DNA from: Octopus sinensis
Taxonomy: Eukaryota
Length of the DNA stretch: 64,000 bases
Assembly (NCBI RefSeq): GCF_006345805.1
Contig: NC_043021.1
Coordinates: 13,888,001 to 13,952,000, forward strand
Direction: 5' to 3'
Below are positions 52,867 through 64,000 of this stretch, piece after piece (the stretch's first letter is position 1; each line of letters starts with the position of its first letter). The position numbers were made by a program, and so were the translations under genes. Below the pieces are notes generated by a model. It searched no databases, had not been told where the DNA came from, and saw nothing but the letters and a program-made list of their open reading frames with translations.

Positions 52867-53288
52867 GATGGGCTTCTTTCAGTTTCTGTCTACCAAATCC
52901 ACTCACAAGGCTTTAGTCAGCCTGAGGCTATAGTAGAAGACACTTGCCCAAGGTGCCATGCAGTGGGATTGAACCCAGAACCATAATGATTTTGCAAAAA
53001 GTACTTGATACAGTCTCAATATTTGAAGAAAAATTTTCTTGAAATAAAAAATTATTAAATATATAAAAAAATCTTTAAAAAGAAATATGAAATTAATATT
53101 TTGGAAGCAAGCTGTTGTATTGTCTGTTTATGGGGTAAAACCCTGTAACACTTGTTTGTAAAACCTGATAGCAAAAGCTCTTACACACACAATATGAAAA
53201 CCTCTTCCTAACAGAATATGTCTTTTTTCTTTATTATATAATTAATCATTTTTAGTTAAAAAAACATCTTTATATATTTGTGTATTTA

Positions 53289-53554
53289 TTGGGTTGTCCC
53301 ATAAATAATGCGGGTTTTTTTAATACTTTATTTGTTTTTCAAAGTTAAGATAAATAAAATTCTTTTTTACAATGCTCTTCTATCTGGTAGACTTGCAAGT
53401 CCCTCTTCCAAAATACACTTGTCCATGATGAAAAATACTCCTCCAGTACTGTTCTGATCTCATCTACAGAATTCATATTTTTTCCATCCAAATGATTTTG
53501 AAGACTACAGAATAAATGATAATCGGATGGAGCATTATTTATGAGATGACCCAA
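53289..53554 (-). mobile_element. Internally deleted mariner element retaining the transposase C-terminus
   Basis: TA-flanked TIRs ttgggttgtcccataaataatgc / gcattatttatgagatgacccaa. Minus-strand APSDYHLFCSLQNHLDGK...EEYFSS matches the mariner (YSPDL)APSDYHLFRSLQN motif. Confidence 0.85.
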
Positions 53555-53558
53555 TATA

Positions 53559-53602
<44 letters not shown>

Positions 53603-55459
53603 TATTTATATGTATATGTGTGTGTATATATATATATATACTGTTGTTAATAATGACATTAACATAACTATTTCATTCCAGTAGCAAAATCACCCTCAAA
53701 TTACACCCCATCTTAGAAATAGAAGTACTCATTGGATAATATAGTCCTAGATATACTATATCTAAATATAAAAGCAAAAAAAACCCCAAAAAACAGGTTG
53801 ATCATGGCTGGAACACTTTTGACCATCAATCTACCTGATCAGGGCTGAACTGAGCTAAAAAATAAACTATGATGGAACTTATAGATGCTCAACAACAGTC
53901 TGGATTGTAGAGAAAAAGAATGCATCATGCTCAGTCTTCCACATGTGGTATTACCCTGTTAAGCTACGACATATCAAATTATACAGAATGATATATATAT
54001 AGGTGGAGTCACGGCTGTATGGTTAAGAAGTTCACTTCCTAACCACATGATTTCAGGTTCAGTCCCACTGCATGGACAAGCATCATTTATGATATGTGCA
54101 TGGATGGGTACCTGTATCTCCTTCTCTTGATGCGACACAATAGTTGTAAATGAGCATCACATTCATACAAGCAGTAGCCTTCATGTCCAATCTTCCATGA
54201 AAACATGACTGGCCTTCGGGAAAAGGTGAAGGTTGGCAACAGGAATTCTTATGTATATCAGTGAAACATGTACACATTGGTGTGAACAACGAGAAAAATA
54301 TAAAGCAGTGCTCATCAAGTAAAGTCTTTTGTGATAGTTACTCTGCATTGAGTTACAGACACTTCTTGGAATGCAATGATCTAGTTGGAAGTTTGTCGTC
54401 AGCTAGACTGTTGTTTGTAAATTGCAAAATAGATACAAATACATGTTTGGTTCGAGTCTACCTTGTTTCCCACTTCCTCATCTGTAAAGTTCGTTGTGGT
54501 ATTTACTCTGCACCGAATTTGGTAGTATTGATCCATGAGCATTTAAACCAGCTATATCCATTCCAAACATATCTATCTGTTTCATGTTCAAACCAACCAG
54601 ATTTTGCCTATCCCACTGACCCTACAATGTCATTCTAAAAGTTAAACAATCACAGCATTGAAATCTCCAAGCTACAAGTTAATGCATGATTAATTCAAAA
54701 CAGTGAGAATCTATAAGCATTACATTTGACAGAGTAATCTGTATGCTAAAGGGTTAAACTGGGTCAAGTGCTTAGTCTACCAACAAAAAACAGGAACAAT
54801 TCCCATGACAAGCTTCCACATAGTTTTTATTTGCCAAATTCCTCTAAAAATTGCTTTGGTTTCAAGACTATGGTATAAGACTTTCTCAACATTCATCACA
54901 AGTGGGATATTGAACCCCAAACCACATATTTGTAAAGCCAACCCCTTAACTATCTGGCAATGTTCGTAATTCGGACTGAGTTCTAAGATTGAATTTTGTC
55001 TGACATTCTTCTTAAGTTTAATGTGAGGCTGCATGACCCAATGGTTCAAGTGTTGCACTCATGATTACAAGATTGTGGTTTCAATTCCCAGACTGGGAAT
55101 TTCCCACTGCTTCAGTCTGCTCAGCTGTAAATGAGTGACTCTGCAATGGACCAGCACCCAGTTCAGGATGGGGTGTCATCTTGATCACTTATATGCTGTG
55201 AAAACCAAATAACTGACCCTATGTGTTCCTATGACTTGCGACAGTTCTTGCTTATGTCTAAGGTTAATAAAATAAAATACCAGTAATATTCTAGTGTTTG
55301 ATATAAAAGACCTTACCTCCACCCCCAAAAATTCTGTCTTGAAATTGTTGATGTTGTTGTTTATATTGTTTTTGCTATTATTAATGTTCATTTCTTATCC
55401 TTGATATTATCACCATTGACTTTTGTTGTTAATGATTAATAAGTCATTTGTCATACTTC

Positions 55460-55522
<63 letters not shown>

Positions 55523-58510
55523 AATGTATGTGTATATATATAAGTAAATGTATGTATATATAGTTTTTCCTCCATCTCTAACGTCATGTTACTGCCATGA
55601 TATTGTGACGGATGGTCCAGGTACATTGTAACAATGAACAAGATAACGATGCAACCATAATAACAATGTAACAATCCAGCAATCAATATTCCAAACAAAC
55701 TAACCATCCGACACCTTCCAACTTCACTGCAAACTCAACTCAAAGTAACACACAAACTTCACTCTGACCGCTACTATTTATCATCACTTAATCCAGTCTA
55801 TTTCTCACAAGGGGGTGTTGTGACTCATCACAACATTATATATATATATATAGATAGATACATACACACACACACTATAAATGTTTTACTTTTTTTGCAA
55901 GTTTATATAAAAACAATTCAACATTAAATTGAAGAATTAAATTTTTCTTCTGTAGACAATATATTTATTATACTTCTACAAGATGAAGGATGACAGTGAC
56001 TTCAAAGTTTTGACCTGCTAGTCTTCATTAGAAGTTTAAAATTCACTTTCACCCCTCTTGTAAAAGCTTGATAAATAAACACACACACAATTTGTCAACC
56101 AGCTTCACAAGCCATTGGCAGTGGTAGTAGATAATTGCTCAAAGTCCTATGCAGTGGGATGGAACTTGAACTTACATGGTCACAAAGCAAACTTCATTCT
56201 GCTATGTTGTTTATAGTAAGCAGAAGAATCTGGGGGAAAAAAACAGGTGTTGAACTGTGTCAACAATTTGGGAGATATAAGCTGTTAATTAGTGAAATAA
56301 ATTGGTTTGTTGTGAGGGGAAAAGGGGAGGAGAAAGTCTATTGTTTCAGTAGTACTATTTGTTGGAGAGTAATGTTTTCTGATGGTACTGGATAGATAGA
56401 TAGATTGGGAATAGTGAAGAATAAGGGATTGAGAGATCACAAGATAACTGTTGCACAGCTGTTAAAGAAGGGAGATAATAAGAATTGTATCAATTTTTGG
56501 CACAAAGCCTGTAATTCTAGTAGGAGAGAATTAGTTGATTACATCATCATCATCAAAAACCCCAGGATATAACTGTCTCATGTCGTAGGACTGATAGCGT
56601 TGAATACCTGGTCTCCATGGGGTATGAGCAACTGAGATGACAACCTTCCTCATGGACAGGACACCAGTCCACTGCAGGGCTTATTTGCAATTTAATGAAC
56701 TGGAACAAAGTGAAATGAAGTGTTTTTGTCAAGAATACAATGCACCACCTGATCAGGTAATTGAAACCATAACTTTGTAGCTGAGTGCAACATCCTAGCT
56801 ACTAGGCCATGCACCCCCCATGATAAGTGATTACAAACTAAAATTTGACTTTAACTTCTGTAAGTGGGAAAAACTTTAAATAACATCCAGTGGTGAGCTT
56901 TAGCTTGGGATTTTAAGTTTTGGAGAGTATAAAGCTACCCTTTAATCACCCCTATTTCTAGATCTACCTTGGCTATGGGTGGTAGTGTCTGTCAAAAGCC
57001 CCACATGGGTGAAATAGCAGAAAATGGTCCTGTGGCTTTGGTATAAAGGATTCAGAGTAGAGCTGGTCCCTGGATGTGTTACATAGATCTACTGGTGTAT
57101 GGATATGCTTTGAATGTTGTGGTAACCAATCACCTTGCCTAAGCATTAAACAGACCCCTGTGCCCCAAGGGTAAGCCTGAGTGAGCACGATACTTGCAGA
57201 GAAAACTAAATAATCCAGCAGAAGGTGACAGGGAACCACTGCTGTATCTTTCTCGGAAAAAAGTAATCTTGAATTTATCTCCTTTACTTGGAGGTCCTTG
57301 AGCACTGACTCCTTTGCATGGCACAGAGAGTGAGAGGTGAGATGGGAAGGAAGGCAGAGAGGTGGGGGGAGACAGATGAGGAGGAAGGCAGAGAGCAGGT
57401 GAAGATGGGAGAAAAGGAGAGAGAGACATATTAACTGTCATTTTTGTCTATCAGTATTGCAGTTCAAATCAAGGGAACTATCTACTCATTGTATCAATAG
57501 CATAAGTGGCTGAGTATACCACACACATTTATACACTCTTTAACATAATCCTTAAGCAAAATCAGTAGCACAAGGCTGATTCTTTGGTTCAGCCTGCACA
57601 CTTTGTTCCATTTACCCAATGTCACATGCAAAGCTATTGAAGAAAACAGGGTACCATACAGTAAGATTGAACCTTTGAACTAATGACTGTAAAGCAAACA
57701 CCTTAACCATTTGGCCATATCTACACCTGATAATTTCCAATAACCAAGGCCATTGTCAGCTCAGATGGTCCACTTAAAATTAATGAAAATACATGACTTG
57801 GGTAGTAGTCTACTTTTGGCCATATCCCTTCATGATTGTTAAGCGTTGCCATTATTCTTCATCCATGGTTGAGAACATAAGTTTCAGACAAAGTGCTGGG
57901 GTTAATGCATCACTGACAAAAATTCCCTCAGTGATACCTTAGCATGGCTGCCATCCAATTACTGAAACCAATAATGGACTTACCACCAGTTGAGAGAGTA
58001 GAAGTTTAAAGCTTATTACCTGTGATCAGTCACACCTAGTGCCAAGATTTCATTCAGGCAATTTTTTAGTTTTGTTTTTAATTTAGTTTATGAAACAGCA
58101 GCACGAGAAGCTTAATTAATGAAGTAGGGAGTGACATTGCTGTACTTAGAGACATCTCTTTTTAAGGGAACAATTCTGCTCTTTGTCTCTCTGAATCTGA
58201 CAAAAATTTGCAGCTGGAGTATTGAGAGTGATCTAATTGAAGTAACCTATCTCAAAAATTTGTGCTTTTGGCTTTGTATCCTGAGTTCAAATTCCACCAG
58301 TGACCTGAAGGAACAGCCACATACAAATAGCTATTGGTTGTGACCGGTAGCAATGGAGGAAGTATATTTTTGGTAGGGACGGTTGAAGAATTTTACAGAT
58401 GTGAGAAAGCTTAAGAATGGGAATATTAAAAATAACAAGGAAAAATTTACAATCGTTGTAATGTATGTATCAGTGACATATATAATACACACAACACACA
58501 CATCATAGGC

Positions 58511-58566
<56 letters not shown>

Positions 58567-58780
58567 TATATATAGGCATATATATTTATACATATACATA
58601 CACACACACAAATATAAATGGTTGTATGTACCTGTATATACCTATCTCTTTATACATATATATATCCACATACACATAAATTATATTTAAATGTTCATCT
58701 AATCATCTAAATGTACTCATAAAACACACATATATACACGTGTGTGTATGTATGTGTGTGTGTGTGTATATATATATATA

Positions 58781-59650
58781 TAGGTTGTCCCAAAAGTCAC
58801 TGATGGGTTTCAACTTCTAATAACTTCCTTAACTTTACAAATGCATGCATGAAATTTCGATACAATATAATAAACATAATGGAAATTAATATGCACAAGT
58901 CAAATTTTGAAACACCACTACATCACATATGAAAAATTACATTGCTTAAATGGCAGCCATTTCAGCTTCACACACCCTTGCTCTTTTCAAAAATTGCACC
59001 ATAACACCCTCAAGAGTTTCAGACCCTACTTCTCTGATTTCTCTATTGATGTTCTCCTTCAGTTGCACCAGGGTCTATGGTTTGTTGACACAAACCCTCT
59101 CCTTCAGATATCCCCAGAAGAAAAAAATCCAGGCTAGTCAAGTGTGAGGAAAATGAAGGCCAGTTGACATTGCCATAGTGGGAGATTATTCTCTCTCCAA
59201 AGCACTGCTGTAGCAACTGCATTGTTTCTCGTGTGGTATGAACAGTTGCCCCCGTTTTGCTGGAACCATGTGTGAGGTCTACTTAGAATGGCCAGGTGCA
59301 AAAAGGTCTCAGCCATGGATACCTGAAAGAGAGGGTTTATGTCAACAAACTGGAGACCCTGGTGCAACTGAAGGAGAACATCAATAGAGAAATCAGAGAA
59401 GTAGGGTCTGAAATTCTTGAGGGTGTTATGGTGCAAGTTTTGGAAAGAACACAGGCATACAAAGCCGGAAATGGCTGCCATTTAAGTGATGTCATTTTTC
59501 ATATGTGATGTAGTGGTGTTGCAAAATTTGACTTGTGCATATTCATTTCCATTATGTTCTTTATATTGTATCAAAATTTCGTGCATTTATTTGTAAAGTT
59601 AAGCAAGTTATTAAAAATTGAAAACCATCAGTGACTTTTGGGACACCCTG
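58781..59650. mobile_element. Palindromic Tc1/mariner-superfamily element made of two transposase 3' ends
   Basis: About 330-bp inverted arms ending in (c/t)agg(g/t)tgtcccaaaagtcactg. The minus strand reads (with frameshifts) WFQQNG.ATVHTTRETM...NVNWP...LDFF.WGYLKERV; the + strand reads GYLKERVYVNKLETLVQLKENINREI. Confidence 0.85.
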
Positions 59651-59918
59651 CATATAATTGTAGTTACATATCAATGGCCTAATACAACTTTGCAACTCAC
59701 AAGACATTTACTTTATCTGGAGTCCCTCACAACTTTATCCAGATTCTTTGGGGGCATAAACTATAAGGATACAGATGTGTTGACCTCCACATGAAATATC
59801 CTGTAAGTTGCAAATGCCATGGAGGTGAAACAACTACCCATTGCTATTGAACACATTAATGCTTTATACTTTGCTGACATCTTAGCCTGTACTATTGTTG
59901 TGCGTGTGTATATACATA

Positions 59919-60296
59919 CACTACCGTCAGAAATTAATTAGCACCCTTGATTTGCTCTTCACTCAAGGTATGTGCTGTCACCTAGTGGCTATATCTCGAA
60001 CTATTGCTTTGTTGCGAGTTCACTGTTGCGCAGAACGATGACGTAACTTTGTTTGCAGAGCAGTTTGAGAGTCTACAGCCTTATGATGTTGACATAGCAG
60101 TGCAACAACTTGGAGTGCAGATGCAGACAAATCTTCCTTTGTTTAATAGATATAGGTAGCGCCTCGCAAGGACCGAAATCACACCATACTAAGTTTTCTC
60201 ATCGCGTAAGACGTTTTGAACAGCTCATAAGGTTAATTGATTTAACCTATTTAATGTAGAAATTTGAGAAGTGCTAATTAATTTCTGACGCAAGTG
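59919..60296. mobile_element. Tc1-like MITE with TA TSD
   Basis: ta-cactaccgtcagaaattaattagcac ... gtgctaattaatttctgacgcaagtg-ta. Confidence 0.8.
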
Positions 60297-60395
60297 TACA
60301 TATATATATATATATATATATAATGTATTTGCTTATATATTGTTTATATTTAAATGCATTTATACACACACACACATTCTAATGTTTCTTCATAT

Positions 60396-60442
<47 letters not shown>

Positions 60443-60526
60443 TAATATATGCATATATATATATACACACACATATATATACATATATATGTATACACAT
60501 ATATATATACATAAATATGTATACAC

Positions 60527-60568
<42 letters not shown>

Positions 60569-60620
60569 TATACATATGTGTGTGCACATATGTTAAGTTT
60601 CATATTCAGATACGTTCATG

Positions 60621-60652
<32 letters not shown>

Positions 60653-61736
60653 AAGAGAGAGGGAGAGAGATAATGATGCAAATAAACAAATGAATCTGCT
60701 TAGGCTAGATATACATACATGTATACATGTAATTACAGAGAAAACAAAGACTGGAAATGTTCAGACAATGAATATTTATGTATAAATATATAAATATTTG
60801 TATATTAACAGAGTAAAGTTACAAAGATACAGAAAACTAAGGGGAGAAGGTATGTTGTTACAGGTCTGACAGCTGTTTCTCCCTTTAATTTTCTGTCTTT
60901 GTTATTATATAAATATCTATATAATTATACAGGAATATTCATTGTCTGAATAGCTTCAGTCTTTGTTTTCTCTCTATTGTGTTTTTACATCTAGCCCAAA
61001 GGTTTCATTTGTTTATTTGCATCATTATCTCCAAATCTGCTCACCTGGATTTCTCATATACCCATCCTTTACCTCACAGACTTAGTACTTGGTTAAGATT
61101 TGAGAGTTAAGTTCAAATGATTTGAGCGCTATACAGTGTTTTCTATATTGAACATCTCTGGATCTCTCTCTCTCTTTATATATATATATTTATAAATATA
61201 TATCATACAAGCATGGAACACTTACATCCAGTACATGGATTTTCCTGCCGGTGTCAGATATCATTTTTTGTAATTTACAGCTACTGGTTGTTAGCTGTCG
61301 TACATGTCAATTACAGGAAAGGAACACTGTCAGTGCAACCTAACAAAAATTGCCAGGTCACCAAACCATTCACCTGTTGAAGGGGTACAACTCTACTTGA
61401 TTTAATTATGAGATTTCAGTAAAAGCAAAAATTGTTACATGGAGTTAAAATTAAAAATGAAAAAAAAAAACAACACATATATATTGCGGGGTTAAATACT
61501 TAGGGGTTACACTGATAGTGTTTTTTTTTCCTCTAGTAGACATGTATGTTAGCTAATGAACTGTAGTTGTAAATCATAAAAATTATCCGATGCTGCTGGG
61601 AAAATCCAAGAACTAGACATACATGTTCTATGCTTGTGTTACATATTAAATGTCATCCTTTATTCCAATGCTATTCTAAGTTTTGTAAAGTCTATTTCTT
61701 TTGTTGTTACACATGTGGTTTGTCGGCATGTATGTA

Positions 61737-61774
<38 letters not shown>

Positions 61775-61775
61775 C

Positions 61776-61806
<31 letters not shown>

Positions 61807-62379
61807 CATACACATTTACATAAAGTTAAATATATGCCCAGTCATAGAATGACCAATGGTTTCACATCCGTAAAACATTTAGCTTAATTGACGACTCAGA
61901 CTCTTATGATTGAGGGCATAGAATCTGACAAGTCGTCTATAAAGCCAAGAGCTTTATGGGTGCAAAACCATTGGTCATGCTATGACCATATATCTAACTT
62001 CATGTAAATACATTACTGCTCTAACTTTTAGAGTGTGCTACTTTTTCAGACACACACACACATATATATTTGTATGTATTGAAAAAAGCTCTTTTATACA
62101 GGTTCATTAAAAATACAATTATCCTCCAGTTTTATCTGTTTTTATTACAGATTTTTCATATTTTCATCTTAGTTTATTGTAGTTAGTTCAGAAAAATAAA
62201 GCTCCTCAATGCATATTCAATAATTTCAGACATTTACAGTTTCATTTGCAAGAATTGAAACAGACATGGTGTCCACATTACTTCTTATAGGCGGGTCAAA
62301 TTTTTGTAAACTTTTCACCACAAACAAGATCCCTTTACTTTCCATGTGCTTATATACAGTTCAGTAAAATAAAAACTAC

Positions 62380-63600
62380 AAAAACAAAACAACTCCCCCC
62401 CAGTTCATAATATCCCAAATACCTACACATTCAGTTCCTATGAAGAATACACACTAGAGAAATATAGTACAAGGTCATCTGAGGAATTCATACAGATTTT
62501 AGAAGAAACCAATACGTCAGATACCATCTCCTCTATATGTGTAGAAAGCTTGTTCACTAACGTCCTAGTGACAGAAACCATAGAAATAATATTGAAGAAT
62601 GTATATGAACTCCAAAAAAAATATAATAATTTAGGTATTAAAATATACTCAAGATGGGAACAACTGAAGTACCTTTTCACTACCTGTAAACTAATTTAAT
62701 CAAGCAAACAAATGGACTACCCATAGGTTAGCTTTTAGGACTTATATTTGTGGCATTCTGCTTATTCACAATAGAGAACAGAATAATAACAAAACATAAG
62801 TACATAATATACACAAACTATATATATTTTATTCTTGTGGTAATGGATACATTATAGGTTACTGAAAGACTAAAAGAAGACTCAGAAAACAACTCTGTAT
62901 TTAAAATATAACAGCCAGAATGATACAAATAAGACCCAGTTTTTAGTGAAAAGAGAAACAGATACATTGCTACAGTATACACCAAAGAATCAGACAAATG
63001 CATATAGCTGCTTAGAGAAAGCCTACACAACTATAAGATGTTAGTAGTAAAATCACTCCTAAAAAGAGCATTTAATTTCTCATTCACAAACAAAACACTA
63101 GAGAAAGAAATCCATGGAATAAACAAGCATTAATTACAACAATGGATATTTCAGATGATGCAAGAGAAGAATACAGGCACAAATACAACAAACACACAGT
63201 GTATGCTGAACAGATGTATACAAATCACACACAAAATTTATATGAATCAAATGCATAAGAAATATCAAACAGATAAATACATAATCAAAAACCTTGTAAT
63301 AATAGAACACAGAATGCATCACACTCAATCATAAATTAATGATTTACTTCCAGAACACACAAACCAAACTTTTCTTTATCAATAACACACCACAAGCATG
63401 TAAGCCTGAGAACAAGCTACTAATGACCAACATAATCTACAAATTGTAAACCTGGAAGTGGAGAACCTCGGGACTCCAGCTGTTACATTGGACATACTAA
63501 TATAACACTTTCTCTTAGACCTACCATGCATTTACAAGGAACAAATCACAACCCACTACGTCACAGACAGCAAAACAAAGTTGGATAAAAAAAAAAATCA
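62380..63600 (+). mobile_element. Decayed Penelope-like retroelement (RT plus GIY-YIG remnant)
   Basis: Frame-broken peptides STRSSEEFIQIL, SICVESLFTNVLVTETIEIILKNVY, QTNGLPIG, IFILV, VYTKESD, KSLLKRAF, TNIIYK and CYIGHTNITLSLRPTMHLQ follow the PLE order: RT motifs (SLDVESLFTNVP, Q..G..MG, YVDDIF), then GIY-YIG. Confidence 0.8.
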
Positions 63601-63639
63601 GAGGAGAATACATGCTTATTGTATGAACTTCCTCACAAA

Positions 63640-63960
63640 ACTAGCACTCTGTCGGTTACAATGACAAGGGTTCCAGTTGATCCGATTAACGGAACAGCTT
63701 GCTCATGAAATTAACATGTAAATGGCTGACCTGAGCACTCCACAAACATATGTGTCCTTAACATAGTTCTCAGGGAGTTTCAGCATGAGAAAGAATGTAA
63801 CAAAGCTGGCCCTTTTAAATACAGGTACTACTCATTTTTGTCAGCTGAGTGGACTGGAACAATGTGAAAAAAAAGTGTCTTGCTGAAAGACACATGTTGC
63901 TGGGAATTGAACTCACAGCTTTATGATTGTGAGCCAATTATCCTAACCGTTAAGCCATGT
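63640..63960 (-). mobile_element. Family-C SINE (antisense copy of 790-1116)
   Basis: Reverse complement shares the gtccactcagctg...aaagggccagc...aatttcatgagcaagctgttcc...gatcaactggaaccc motifs. Confidence 0.65.
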
Positions 63961-64000
63961 GCCTCACAAAAATAGAAGATTAATCACAGATGCCATGCTC

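Noticed and set aside
55020-55100. tRNA-like sequence
   Set aside because: A degenerate SINE head without a complete cloverleaf; no true tRNA, rRNA or CRISPR features were seen in the window.
62438-63328. Minus-strand ORFs suggesting a neighbouring gene
   Set aside because: They are antisense to the Penelope-like remnant and show no independent coding signal.

Overview
AT-rich, microsatellite- and SINE-dense eukaryotic genomic DNA. The repeat landscape suggests a coleoid cephalopod, most likely Octopus (inference). The window holds the 3' half of a syntaxin-1 (Syx1A/STX1-type) gene on the + strand, with canonical GT-AG exons matching the vertebrate STX1A exon 6-10 layout: 8898-9006, 13866-13974, 30032-30105, 31407-31544, 32726-32836 and 46075-46149 (transmembrane exon plus stop). 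Exons 1-5 were not found and presumably lie upstream. The main finding is that the Hc-helix exon is present twice as two intact, 109-nt, same-phase paralogues (28/36 aa identical), the signature of mutually exclusive splicing. The canonical-like copy is bracketed on the sense strand by two hammerhead-ribozyme-like motifs (13462-13545 and 14884-14932), probably Penelope-type relics. The rest is transposon debris: about 30 copies of one tRNA-type SINE almost all in sense orientation and often in head-to-tail arrays, other SINEs, Tc1/mariner, hAT and piggyBac-type MITEs, RTE and Penelope-like retroelement remnants, a HINE-like element and several long fold-back structures. Almost all ORFs in the supplied track are microsatellite or repeat artefacts. 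Exon coordinates were counted exactly; repeat boundaries are approximate, and no database searches or folding programs were run.
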